This document shows, piece by piece, positions 35,901-44,954 of a stretch of 57,309 nucleotides of DNA; the first letter of the stretch is position 1, and every line of letters starts with the position of its first letter. The notes under the pieces were generated by a model that worked only from the letters and a program-made list of their open reading frames with translations, had not been told where the DNA came from and ran no database searches. The translations under genes were made by a program, and so were the position numbers. The stretch lies in assembly GCA_002633005.1 (NCBI GenBank), contig NMRA01001095.1, forward strand, positions 1 through 57,309. Direction: 5' to 3'. Source of the DNA: Phoronis australis. Taxonomy: Eukaryota; Animalia; Phoronida.

Positions 35901-38346
35901 ACTCAACTGTCCTACATGCCCGGACGTTAATACATTGTAAGTATCAGAAGGCCATTAGCAGGACAGAATATAAAAATGATGGTTTTCCTCAAGAATGACA
36001 GTTGCAGATTTAAATAGCTTGCCGGGCTACATAACATTTGTTCAATCTCTTGAAATCTACAAAAACAACCCATCTCCCGTACCAATATAACACTGTGGGA
36101 TGTAGCATTCTTGGGGTATCCCTTCTTTCTATATTAATAAATCTTTGAATTGGTGTCCACAATGTAACAATGTCAACTATTAATCTTGTAGTCACTTTTG
36201 TGTTTCGTCATTGCTAGAAAACAACAGATATCTTGGTAACTAAACCCTTAAAGATATATCGGACTAAGAAGGAAAGTCAAATAAAAGTCCATAAAACAAG
36301 GACTTATGTGGGTGTTCTAGGGAGTAAATGAAGTTGAACAATATTGTTTCTGCGATCAGCTTCTTTCCCACAAAATCATTTTATTTCAGTTTCAATTTTT
36401 AAGCCTTGAAGGTCAAACAATTTATATCATTTATTCTGGGTATAACCTTTACACTGGAAATCAAACTTTATTTTTGATTTTTTATGCTATAACTAAAGAT
36501 AGGTGGTAAGACTTTTTAATTCTGTGCTCAAGTATGCAGTGATTTTCTTGGACGATTTTCTAAAAATCCTAGTTTGCACTTGATGATACTAACATAGAAG
36601 TTGTGAGTTTTTACTTAAAATCCCGTGCTGTTATTAGTATTGGTTCCTAGATACTACACAGTACACATGCATCTCGACTAACATGGTTCATTAGCAAGAT
36701 GGCGGACCACTCTGCTCAACAAAAACCACGGGATGTCAACTCTAGTTATATTTACCACATTGTGTATAACAACTGTGACCTATTTATATAGAAGTAGGTC
36801 AAAAGGTCGCATACAACAGTAAGAGTTGAGCTAGGAATGGTACGTTTTAATGATAATCAAGTTAATTACGCATTGCAAAGTCAGTTGACATTGCGAGTGA
36901 AAGTTGAAATAGCGCACCTATGTAAGGCTTGTATAAGTTATGTGTACCGATAACAAGTTTTTACCGAATAATTAAGCAAAGACTGATAATTTCACTTGTC
37001 CCTGTTTAATCGTTTTTTTCTCCGCTTCGGCAAATCGATTTTATTTGAACTTAGGAACGCAAGTTCTCGAAAACTGCCCGGTGGATTTCGTTGATATTTC
37101 CAAATTTAATATTTAGTCATCAGTCTCACCGATTTTTGATATAAAGACCTATTTTTCGTAATGTAACAAAGACGATTACGACTTCCGTTTTTTTACAAAA
37201 AATACCGTACGTTTTGCGAGATGATTTGTCATAGAAACCACTTGAAAAAAGTTTCATCACAATTGACCGAGGGGTTATTTTGCTATGAATGTACCTTTCT
37301 TAGAAATAAAATATTGACTTAAAAACGTAAAAATAATAATGGTACACTAATGCAAAATGTATTTTCATATACCCTAATATTTTCCTTTAAGAAAATGTAT
37401 ACGGGTACTAGTTGACAAAGCTTAGGTTTTTGATATACGATTTAGAAAAGGGGCATCTAAATAAGGTTCTGCAATAACTTTAAGGACGGTAGTTAGTATT
37501 TGCCACTAATCGAAATTCCGCAAAACGGGGAGTTGCGGCATCAATGGGAAAGCGAAATTGGGGGCATGAGGGAACATGCGTGGTTCCTATGATGCATGGA
37601 TGTGAGTATACTTTCCAAATATTCAAAAATTAGGAACTGAAATGGAGTAAGTGGCTATAAAATGAATTATAACATAATACAGTCAAGAAGCCGAAAAGTA
37701 GTATTCTTGTCAATTCTACAGTAAATGGTCCATTTCAGGGACGGTTGTACTCGAAGCGGATACTTTTGTACTCTTGCCAACCTGTTTGAAAAGATCAAAG
37801 TCGATCAAGGCGTCGACGTATTCCAGACTGTGAAAAGCATTAGAGCCTCTAGATTCCAGCTTATTACCAATGTGGTAAGTTTCAGCGAGTAACGATTGTG
37901 GTCATTGGTCTTTGCTCAACGACTGCCTCAAATTTAGCTGTAATTTTCGTGTCCTTTATTCCTGTGTTTCATTAAAAATATCTATTGTCTTTCTACTGGC
38001 TTCTGTGCAGCGTAGCACGTTTTTGATTTGTCGTCTTACGGTTTTCAAGGATATTGCTTTGATGTTGCTTGGTCTTGGCCCATGACAATCGGAATGATTT
38101 TATCTTTCAGGGTAAGCAGGTGTGGGTCTTTTTCGAATCAGAATATCGTAGTTTGATTGAGATTTGGTATGACAAGCGAAAAGTTTCAGGAGTACATGCA
38201 ATATGTATTGCTTTCCTCCATTTTCATTGTGTCCACACTGCCTTTTCATCCTGTGTATTTTGTCTTTTCAGGCTCAGTACAACTCTTTGTACAGTATGGC
38301 GGAGAAGTTCATTCAGTCGTTTGACACTTACGCCAACTTCTCCTAG
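1718..38346 (+). CDS. Receptor-type protein tyrosine phosphatase (FN3 x6 + juxtamembrane FN3-like unit, TM, tandem D1/D2), 5'-partial, 29 exons
   Basis: Manual splicing at GT-AG sites with consistent phases gives 4229 coding nt in one frame ending at TAG 38344-38346. Motifs: [61 protein letters not shown]; D2 DYINA, DFWRMV, CPQYWP, IHCLDGCTRSG. No one-to-one orthologue can be named. Confidence 0.95.
2351..2412 (+). CDS. RPTP exon 2 (FN3 N-half)
   Basis: tttcag/gtaagt; [20 protein letters not shown]; phase 1-0. Confidence 0.85.
2680..2899 (+). CDS. RPTP exon 3 (FN3 C-half)
   Basis: ttgtag/gtgagt; VPDWRCD...WTFKIQAHN...LTTPEK; phase 0-1. Confidence 0.9.
4158..4466 (+). CDS. RPTP exon 4 (FN3)
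   Basis: ctctag/gttagt; INLTWAAP...[18 protein letters not shown]; phase 1-1. Confidence 0.9.
4699..5001 (+). CDS. RPTP exon 5 (FN3)
   Basis: tttcag/gtaata; PSEPPTSV...[13 protein letters not shown]...[19 protein letters not shown]; phase 1-1. Confidence 0.92.
5870..5902. repeat. (TA)n(TG)n microsatellite
   Basis: Seen directly. Confidence 0.9.
5992..6206 (+). CDS. RPTP exon 6 (FN3 N-part)
   Basis: ctatag/gtgagg; PPPPKNL...[20 protein letters not shown]...TYEFK; phase 1-0. Confidence 0.92.
6551..6617 (+). CDS. RPTP exon 7 (FN3 C-part)
   Basis: ttccag/gtaggg; [22 protein letters not shown]; phase 0-1. Confidence 0.88.
7178..7284 (+). CDS. RPTP exon 8 (FN3 N-half)
   Basis: tttcag/gtatat; PEMPESV...[20 protein letters not shown]; phase 1-0. 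Confidence 0.9.
8357..8456 (+). pseudogene. First exon of the element's second gene (SAP-like domain), remainder deleted
   Basis: [29 protein letters not shown]..., then an A-run frameshift and gtaaat donor; points inward from the left TIR. ISL2EU ORF2 is known to be a YqaJ-type nuclease, but no YqaJ part is visible here. Confidence 0.65.
8926..11401 (-). pseudogene. THAP + HTH + DDE_Tnp_4-type transposase, 3 exons (11401-11197, 10601-10407, 9889-8926), with frameshifts and a stop
   Basis: MPQCSVPGC...KFP...KKW...RVCSIHF...LKSDAVP (THAP); [66 protein letters not shown]. Confidence 0.9.
11543..11717 (+). CDS. RPTP exon 9 (FN3 C-half)
   Basis: ttttag/gtaaga; ISWKAE...[22 protein letters not shown]; phase 0-1. 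Confidence 0.92.
12332..12440 (+). CDS. RPTP exon 10
   Basis: attcag/gtaagt; [26 protein letters not shown]; phase 1-2. Confidence 0.85.
13234..13501 (+). CDS. RPTP exon 11 (membrane-proximal FN3-like unit with RTRR)
   Basis: aaacag/gtaagt; FYLIVVE...RTRR...YIAA...[17 protein letters not shown], the typical RPTP juxtamembrane ectodomain signature; phase 2-0. Confidence 0.93.
13978..14041 (+). CDS. RPTP exon 12
   Basis: ttttag/gtgatt; [21 protein letters not shown]; phase 0-1 bridges exons 11 and 13. Confidence 0.75.
14583..14685 (+). CDS. RPTP exon 13 (transmembrane helix)
   Basis: tgtcag/gtgaga; [27 protein letters not shown], followed by basic RRQK in the next exon; phase 1-2. Confidence 0.92.
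15094..15161 (+). CDS. RPTP exon 14 (juxtamembrane)
   Basis: ttgtag/gtcagt; [22 protein letters not shown]; phase 2-1. Confidence 0.82.
15310..15650 (-). mobile_element. RTE-clade LINE 5'-UTR-like fragment (or a derived SINE)
   Basis: Minus strand reads GCTTCGGGGAGAACAAGCTCGTAAGCCTTGGTTGGCAATCAGTCTAAG...GGACCTGTTTTGGCTTTCTACCC, resembling RTE 5' UTRs as I recall them; not aligned, no ORF. Confidence 0.45.
15929..16113 (+). CDS. RPTP exon 15 (juxtamembrane/wedge)
   Basis: aaacag (weak acceptor)/gtacgt; NAYVNAE...PVYED...IKVEDL...KEYE; 5' boundary less certain. Confidence 0.8.
16613..16700 (+). CDS. RPTP exon 16 (D1 motif 1)
   Basis: tttcag/gtaaat; SLP...[13 protein letters not shown]; 88 nt. 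Confidence 0.93.
17310..17423 (+). CDS. RPTP exon 17 (D1 motifs 2-4)
   Basis: ttctag/gtgagt; DKNRVVL...[22 protein letters not shown]; 114 nt. Confidence 0.94.
17756..17853 (+). CDS. RPTP exon 18 (D1 motifs 5-6)
   Basis: ctttag/gtatat; [32 protein letters not shown]; 98 nt. Confidence 0.95.
19815..19937 (+). CDS. RPTP exon 19 (D1 motif 7)
   Basis: ttctag/gtagga; RKCEVYWPE...YGDILV. Confidence 0.94.
20244..20407 (+). CDS. RPTP exon 20, copy A (D1 WPD loop and VHC)
   Basis: tggaag/gtaagt; [13 protein letters not shown]...PTVVHCS; 164 nt. Confidence 0.9.
20788..20874. other. Assembly gap (87 N)
   Basis: Seen directly. Confidence 0.99.
21144..21307 (+). CDS. RPTP exon 20, copy B (same protein, probable assembly duplicate)
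   Basis: Exactly 900 bp downstream of copy A; only synonymous differences ACC/ACT and TCC/TCT. Confidence 0.6.
21929..22064 (+). CDS. RPTP exon 21 (D1 P-loop end, Q-loop)
   Basis: ttgcag/gtatgg; [13 protein letters not shown]...[12 protein letters not shown]; 136 nt. Confidence 0.95.
22205..23251. mobile_element. Old DNA-transposon relic with an inverted repeat pair and a SAP-like gene start
   Basis: TGTGACGTCATCGGAAGAGGGGCAA (22205-22229) matches the reverse complement of 23227-23251 at 22/25; 22298-22411 (+) encodes [37 protein letters not shown]. True termini not found. Confidence 0.5.
23773..23907 (+). CDS. RPTP exon 22 (D1 end and linker)
   Basis: tttaag/gtgagt; [12 protein letters not shown]...GDTFIP. 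Confidence 0.93.
24281..24380 (+). CDS. RPTP exon 23 (D2 motif 1)
   Basis: ttgtag/gtgagt; TLNRLC...[13 protein letters not shown]. Confidence 0.92.
24820..24896 (+). CDS. RPTP exon 24 (D2 motifs 2-3)
   Basis: tttcag/gtgagt; GRSRPYL...[10 protein letters not shown]; 77 nt. Confidence 0.94.
25318..27520 (+). mobile_element. Ty3/Gypsy LTR retrotransposon (Mag-like), 3'-truncated and decayed
   Basis: PBS, then gag from ATG 25464 ([33 protein letters not shown]), protease HLDSAA, RT ([36 protein letters not shown]); many stops and frameshifts; no RNase H, integrase or 3' LTR; LTR start approximate. Confidence 0.9.
25440..25457 (+). other. Primer-binding site complementary to the tRNA-Leu 3' end
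   Basis: TGGTGGCAGCGGTAGGAT, 17/18 to the complement of the common eukaryotic tRNA-Leu(AAG/TAG) end; follows a CA and precedes gag. Confidence 0.8.
27990..28124 (+). CDS. RPTP exon 25 (D2 motifs 4-6)
   Basis: tttcag/gtaagt; [26 protein letters not shown]...IVML; 135 nt. Confidence 0.95.
29284..29415 (+). CDS. RPTP exon 26 (D2 motif 7)
   Basis: ttttag/gtaatt; [19 protein letters not shown]. Confidence 0.93.
29650..29813 (+). CDS. RPTP exon 27 (D2 WPN loop, IHC)
   Basis: ttgcag/gtgagt; [11 protein letters not shown]...AVIHCL; 164 nt. Confidence 0.94.
30467..31178 (+). pseudogene. THAP-transposase 5' remnant (Kolobok)
   Basis: [10 protein letters not shown]...[13 protein letters not shown]...YRV.GK...ERD..AEF...[11 protein letters not shown], later [25 protein letters not shown]; DDE core missing. 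Confidence 0.75.
31647..31805. mobile_element. MITE (CAGGGGCGGAT-type ends), 5-bp TSD CGTAG
   Basis: CAGGGGCGGATTCA...TGGATCCGCCTATG; CGTAG at 31642-31646 and 31806-31810. Confidence 0.85.
32370..32689. mobile_element. MITE with TIR GGCCCGGTCTCCAATCTCCGTACTCA and ACTC-rich subterminal repeats
   Basis: 26-bp perfect inverted repeat; flanked by CAG (left) and CTG (right). Confidence 0.85.
33928..36743. mobile_element. Old TIR DNA element (AGAGKTGACA ends)
   Basis: AGAGGTGACA...GTCCGCCATATTGATTATGAAC on the left matches the reverse complement AGAGTTGACA...GTCCGCCATCTTGCTAATGAAC on the right; flanks AT and AG. Confidence 0.55.
34311..34564. mobile_element. MITE (CATAGGCGGAT / ATCCGTCACTG ends)
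   Basis: Imperfect TIRs; flanks TATTA and TTTTA; related copy at about 44494-44799. Confidence 0.7.
37739..37874 (+). CDS. RPTP exon 28 (D2 P-loop end)
   Basis: tttcag/gtaagt; [10 protein letters not shown]...[11 protein letters not shown]; 136 nt. Confidence 0.94.
38272..38346 (+). CDS. RPTP last coding exon
   Basis: tttcag acceptor; [24 protein letters not shown]. Confidence 0.93.
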   Translation, partial: AQYNSLYSMAEKFIQSFDTYANFS

Positions 38347-38837
38347 TCGTTGCTGATGAGAACGCGACCATGCTGCCACCTGTATGTCAGTTATTGCGTT
38401 CTAGTTTCTATGTGTGGTAAATGTGTTCCATGTTTGATTCTCCATTGGTGTTTTGCAGCTTTTACTTCGCATGCATTTTTTATTGGTCGACAGTGATTTG
38501 GCAACATGATATCTAGCTGACACCGACTGAAACAAAGCGGTTTTCTAGGAGTCGTTAGCTCGGAGGCCGTCAACAGACGAGTCCAAAATGTAGTCGCTTT
38601 AAAATTGATTCGAATTAGGCGCATATTTTCAGCCGATTTTCACCTTGTCCACGTATGTGTACGCATGTCAACGAATTTGTTTCCTTGTCGGATCGGTATT
38701 GTTCGTATTACAATGTTTTTATTACAGCGGGTGCATATAAACTGCACTCGCAAATCTTGGCACGCTCGAAGCATCATCCATCGTCTTATCGTTTTTACGA
38801 CAACCCCTTGCGAATTCTCAAGACCTACAGTGTTTAA

Positions 38838-39375
38838 AGGAGCATGCCACCAAAAAACAACCTATTTTGTATCAATTTAGATCGAATAGTTCTACTCGAT
38901 AACGGCACGTTCAGTTGCGTTACCTGACAACTGACGGCAGACGGAGGTGTTGAAATTATCCAATGACGTCATTGGTTTCACACGTAGTCAATTCAGCAGT
39001 TCACAACACGGGTTACTGTTGTCAGCTTATCGCTTGAATTCAACGTTTAACACCAATAAATCATTAAACTTCGATTTAAAACCCTTAAAAATACACAGAC
39101 TTCTTATAAAAACGTGTTGATTTATGTTGCTGTTTCGGATTTATTGGTATTTGGACACACCGTAGCTTGCAAAGTTCGGCAGGCCAATTCACCACTTTCT
39201 TCAGTGAAATACAGCTGTTAATAATTGTGATTTTTGAGTTCTAAACATACAAAACGCTTGTTATCCCAGCCAGTGGCTTGGAAACCGATCAGGCCCGTCG
39301 CGGCCGAACTGACTGGTTAACCCCGGCCAGTGGCTCGGAACCCGATCAGGCCCATCGCGGCCGCCGGGACTGGCA
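38838..39375 (+). mobile_element. Truncated left arm of the Kolobok family seen at 53925-55794
   Basis: TTAA|AGGAGCATGCCACC start; shares TATTTTGTATCAATTTAGAT, GACGGCAGAC.GAGGTGTTGAAATT and TGGCTCGGAACCCGATCA with 53925-54430. Confidence 0.8.
39265..39373 (+). repeat. Two-copy tandem duplication, period 57 bp
   Basis: CC.GCCAGTGGCTYGGAAMCCGATCAGGCCCRTCGCGGCCG occurs twice. Confidence 0.85.
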
Positions 39376-39626
39376 CCGAACATGAACCAGCTTGATTTGG
39401 AAACTAAACCTCCAGTCACAAAAAGACTACAACAGTGAGCCAAAGAAACAATGTACACGTAATTATTTATGTCAATTAGCCACGAACTGGCGTGTTCAAC
39501 GATTTAACATTAACTGACTGAAAGCGGAGCCCCTTGCAGCTTTCAAATGTTCAGTTTAATAGGAAAGGTAAATAAACAATGTTAGTGCCGTGTACTGATA
39601 CTTGCGTGGTTTTGTATTTTTTAATC

Positions 39627-39632
39627 AATAAA
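39627..39632 (+). promoter_or_regulatory. Candidate polyadenylation signal of the RPTP gene
   Basis: AATAAA in T-rich context about 1.3 kb after the stop; an alternative AATAAA at 39055-39060 lies inside a transposon fragment. Confidence 0.3.
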
Positions 39633-42600
39633 TGTTTGCTATTACTTTTCTAGTCTATACTAAAAGATTGTACACGTAATTGAACATGTGGCTGCAATTT
39701 GACTAAGGCAGTGACACAATCACGGTGGTAACAAGTTTGATTACCATAACTTTTTATTCTTTCACAAACTTGAGGGTGGAGGGTACTCAGTAGCTACAAT
39801 CGATACTCACAGAATTTCTGCAAATTTCAAGAACGCACCACTCGCTTTCCAAGTGAACAAGGGGTAATTTTGTCCTAAAAGAAGGTTATTCACGCTACCG
39901 TACTGTACAGACAATTTTTTATGAAAAAGCAATGCTATTTGAACATAATATACGCTGAGCAAAGTGCAGCTGTACTCATTCACAAGTTGTAAATGTGGAA
40001 ACAAAAAATCAGTAAATAGGTGACCTTTGCACTAATGACGTACCTTGCGGGCTCACATCATGCAGTGTTATTCCTCTGTACCACGTCTGGGCACATTTAA
40101 GTGATTTACAGCTGATATCATTTTCAAATCTCGTTCTTAAAAACATTTGGCAATGTTCAACCTACTTCATACTCACATTGTCGCCATGGCAACCTGTATT
40201 TTGTGTTTGCAACTAATTTGACCATGTGAACACAGAAATAAAGGATTACATTGCAAGTTCACTTTGAGTGTCCCGGGGGTAGTTTAAGTACCCTACACAG
40301 TAGGTACATGGATCACACCGATATAGTTAAATATTCCGGGCTACCATCGCGAATCAACACGGAGCTACTACGGAAAAAGACGGTGCCAAAAAGACAAACA
40401 CGATGGAAACACGACAGATATAACGAGTTCCACGGGAGGTTTCCCAGGTTTGTTCGTGCACTGCCACACTGTTGTTGGCAATTTGGGAGGGGAGGTTTCT
40501 GGCGGGCACAATCCAGATTGCATTTTGTCTGTCATAGGGCATTTAGTGATCAGTGACATGTATCGAATGACATGGAATTGGTTTTGTGTGGTACCACGAA
40601 TCTATGAGGTTGCTCCTTTTCGGGGGTCTTTTTTTGGCTTCTTCCGTACCCATTCCATAGAGCAATTTGTGTGTAAAGGGTCATTCGATGTTCAGTGAGG
40701 TTCTGTTGTCCGTATCAGTTTTGGCCGGTAACTCGAGTATCTGCTCTAGCTCATGTTTAGCTCCCTTTTAAGGTCCCCAGGGGTCACATCCAGAGTGCAG
40801 ACAACGGCACACGTCCATCGTTTATTCTTGTACATACTGAGCTGGACGGTAGGTGCTCCTATCGTCAGATGTTGGTACCTCGTTCATCTATGCTACATTG
40901 TAAGTGCTCTTGGCTGCCGGTCTACATTTCCCTTATCACGACCGTTTTATGAAAGTTTAAACACTTAATGTACGCCCGAAACACTACACGCATTTATCAT
41001 CACAGGGATGTTGTCTAGCGCAAAGGTCACAGGTACAAAACTTGAAGCACAAGGTGGGCTTGAGGTTAGGACAAAAAATTACAGAACGTGCAACTCGGTT
41101 GATCAATGCTTGGCAGGAAACGGGTGCATTGTAGATATATTTAATGGAGAACCGAGGCGTAACCCGTTTACTTCTTATTTGTAAGTATGGTTTCGATCAC
41201 GTTCCTGTAATTTTCTCTTCCTTTATGCAAGCCAGCAACTTTCTACTAAATACACGAACCACGCCAATTCTGAATATAAGAGTGACAGATAAATACGTTC
41301 GAATAGTGACAAGAAAGGAATGTTCCTATTCAGTTGTTTTTTCCTGCCATTGTCTTCAACGTACCGTGTAGCGTTGTTCGAGTAAAGCACTACTCGGTGA
41401 TTTGGTTTAACATGTCATATTCTATCCTGAGCGACTTTGCACAGCAAATTAGGTATTACCTAGTGACAATGATTAAAAAGTTTTGGCATTAAATTTCTAT
41501 TTTTTGTACTTGAACAACAAGCGAGGAGGCTATGCTATTGTGACACCATTAAAGGTAAAGTTGCGCGCAGCTTACTTGAATTGAAACGATAATACTCTTT
41601 ATTTAGTCAAAATTTGGCAGAGATTGCTCAATAAATAGCCATTTTGCTACTAAACTCAGTGACCTGTAACTTTCATAAGGTAAGGCGCTCCACACAAATG
41701 GGCCATTTGACAATTGTCGTCATTGTTGGCAAACGACCCTGGAAACTGCAGGACAGTGTAATTATTGGCAAAGTATTGGACGGCAAGATTCAACGCGTTT
41801 ATAGGCTAATAATAAACAAGCTGTGTGAAATTCCACCAGACAAAAAACGTTCCAAAATTCCCTTACTGTGTCAATTTCATTCCCTCAAACTTAGTAACGT
41901 GTTTTGAATCGTGTGTCATCAGTGTAACTCTCACTGTAATCTTAAAAGCAAGTAAAGCTTTAACTTTGCGTATCAGCTGGTGTGTAAAAAGTTGCGGGTG
42001 ATAGATCACCGGCAACTTGTTTGGCCATTGTCTTGTACTCGACTTGTCATTAATTGCGGTTGTAAATAGCGTGGGCCTGATAGCAATGCAAATTCCAATA
42101 AAAGCAACTGACCACTGTTATTGTATTCTAAATTAAAAATAACTATCTCGTGTCTTCGAATTTTTGAAATCTGGACACTGCAGGGGAGGTTATTGAGAAC
42201 AATTTATTGCAACACAACTGGTATCTTGTGACGTCGTTCCACTCGTGAGCTTTATGGCACTCAGCATGCTAAGAAAGTATATAAAATTAATGAGTATATC
42301 AACCGGGAAGCTATGTTATAGCGCTGTGACTGATAACACAGGTTTTGCAGGTTACATTGAAAATCCAATTGTTTAAAATGATCCCACGTATTGACGTCCT
42401 TAATAAGAATTTGTTTTGTACCCAAATTATAATTGGATTGTTTCAGCCATAACTTAACACATGCTTAACGTAATTAGCCAATTACAGGAAGCTTTGTTGA
42501 GTTGACATTGAATAATATGATTCACTTCCGTCATTCAACTTGTCTAAAATAACAACGGTTGGCTTACTTGTTAAATCTAATGCAAAAGCACCCTAGCAGA

Positions 42601-44493
42601 TTTCGGATCCATTGTTTTTGAGTTCTTTAAGAATAGGGTCGCCATCTTTACAACAACACGTTTCAAAAAGATGATGTGGTTTGGAACTAGAAATTTTGAA
42701 TGGCGTCTCTGTTCCGATTTGTTCAGTTGGCCCTGTGCCGGCACGGCCACGTTCGTTTCTAATCAGTATCATTGGATTCAGCTTAGAAAACCGGTGAGGT
42801 GAGTGTTTTATTTCACCACTTTAATGTCATAAAAATGTAAACCTTTGTCAAAAAATGCTATTAACAAATTTGCTACTTCTTGCCATAGCCCCTGTTTGCT
42901 AACAAATGAAAAGTTCTGTATTAAGCGCGTAGACCAACGACACCACACGATAGTTATAACATGAGTCGTTAGCTTCCTGCACTTAGTGTTTCTGACGCCA
43001 TTTTGTAAATTGGAGGTCATTGACGACTACGGAAAGAGAAGATTCACAACACCGAAGCAGTTTAACTTACTATAAACGTGCACAGCGTTAGTTGCTTCGG
43101 GAAAAACATGATGTCCTACGAAAACGTTGGAGTCGTAAAGTCGACTGTTTGAAGCAAATTCCGGATTTGTCGAAGGTGTTGTTCGGAGGAAAAACGTTTT
43201 TAAAATTTTGGACAAAAATCGACTAACGCAGAACCCTGGAAATATATAGGTACTGTACTCTCTTAACTGAGGGCAAATATAGTAAAACAATCTTTGTTCG
43301 CTTTGCATACCAAGCTTGAATTCCGATGTTTATCCGCATGACTATACATGTAGTCCTTTCTCCGGAAGAAATAGCTCCCCTGGACCGACGGTGTCACCTC
43401 CATTGTTTACAATTAAGGTTATGTCAAACCATATTTAGTGAGCTCCATTCTAACTCGTATATGGAAAAACTAAGGATTGTCAAAAAGGAAAAGTATATAG
43501 TTCACGAAAGAGAAAAGATCAGGGATTTCAAAGCCTAACTTCAACGGAATTTTGTTATTTTAGATGTATTGGGCTAACCAGATATTCCCCCCAAAGCTTT
43601 AGTAAAATACGAAAACGCGATTTCAATCACGCAAATGTACATGTACATTAGAGAAACTCACAGCTATCAGAAAACACTTCGATTTGTAAAATCTATCACA
43701 AATTCATATTCATATGCGAGGTGTTCGTGTTAATTAGCAGTTAAAATGGTCTTTCACACTGACAAGCTAGCAACTTGCAATCTGTTATACTGGAGTTTCT
43801 GCATTGGGTGGGAAAGATTAAGTTGTTAGTTTGTTCTGTCAATTTCTTTTGTATGTTTGACGTTGTAATTTGAGGGTTTCTGTTCTAGCTTTAAATGAGG
43901 TTTTAAAGCCTTGGTATTTTTGGTTATGGCTGAATTGCTGTGACTACAAAGAGACTCCATTAGAAGCCTGCGCATTAATAAATTTCTGACATGCTGTTGA
44001 CTCCATGTATTTTTAAATACTAGGCCAAACTTACGATGACAAACAGAAAACACCCTCTTCATCAATCGTCCCTAGGACATTACAGAATGTTGATAGCTTT
44101 TCTTACATAATTCACGTCCTCAATAGAAGTAGCATAACATTACTTTGTGCCAACTTTTATTGGGACAACCGATAATTACTCTATCAACTGATTTAACAAC
44201 CAAATTCTTATCTTTTGCTCGATTGACGCTGTTGAAGGTGAAACTGCTATTCCTACAAAAATATATAAACACACTAAGCAATTTCATACACTTTTGTATA
44301 GTCCTTCACATATATCTTGAAAAGAAACAGGGAAGTATTGTTATGGTAATCCTCTAATTCAAATGTCATGCCTCTGGACATGGTGTGGCTCCTTAACCGA
44401 GAGACATTATCCCTTTATTAAAGGCATTTCTACTTAATGTTTTAAGTTCAAACACAAACATGTTGAAGTGCTTTGCAAATCCCTACTCGTATT

Positions 44494-44799
44494 TATAGGT
44501 TGATTTAGGTAGGGGCTTGGCTGCCACAAAATAAATAAAAAGCCGGAACGTGAGGAAATATTGAGCTCATTAACTAACCCGGGAAATTAACGTGCGGCTG
44601 AAACAAGACAGTGTGCAGCTTCAGTTTGCGTGTGGGGGCTCAGATCTGACTTCAAACAGTTTCACGTTTCTTTTTTTTAATGAGCATTGTCATAAGAAAT
44701 TCGAGCTAGCCTTTATATTTTAGGCTGCGCAACCCTGCTTTCCGCGGTTCCCGAGACAAATTGTTGGGCCCCTCTTATAATACCCTAGATCGGCCACTG
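44494..44799. mobile_element. MITE related to 34311-34564
   Basis: Shared right end CCGAGACAAATTGTTG...CCTAGATC..CACTG and degenerate left end TATAGGTTGATTTAGG.AGGGGCT. Confidence 0.6.
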
Positions 44800-44833
44800 T
44801 ACTTGGCCTGTATGAAGGCTGTTATCGACGTAA

Positions 44834-44954
44834 AGTAGTAAAAAGAAAAACACGGAAAAACCCATTAAAATGATGCTGTGGTCAGTAAAATGTATTAAAA
44901 GACTTTTTTCACTGACCATTTTATGCGTTTTACCGCGTTTCAATTTTTAGTACT
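44834..44954. repeat. About 120-bp imperfect foldback (small MITE-like hairpin)
   Basis: AGTAGTAAAAA..AAACACGGAAAAACCCATTAAAATG..TGGTCAGT is mirrored by ACTGACCATTTTATGCGTTTTACCGCGTTT..TTTTTAGTACT. Confidence 0.6.

Noticed and set aside
36010-36195. YqaJ nuclease C-terminus inside the 33928-36743 element
   Set aside because: Only a vague resemblance spread over several frames; the diagnostic Q-x-Q-x-Q-M motif is not present.
1718-38346. A specific gene symbol (PTPRK, PTPRM, PTPRA or LAR)
   Set aside because: Features are mixed between subtypes and the N-terminus is outside the window; orthology needs a phylogeny.
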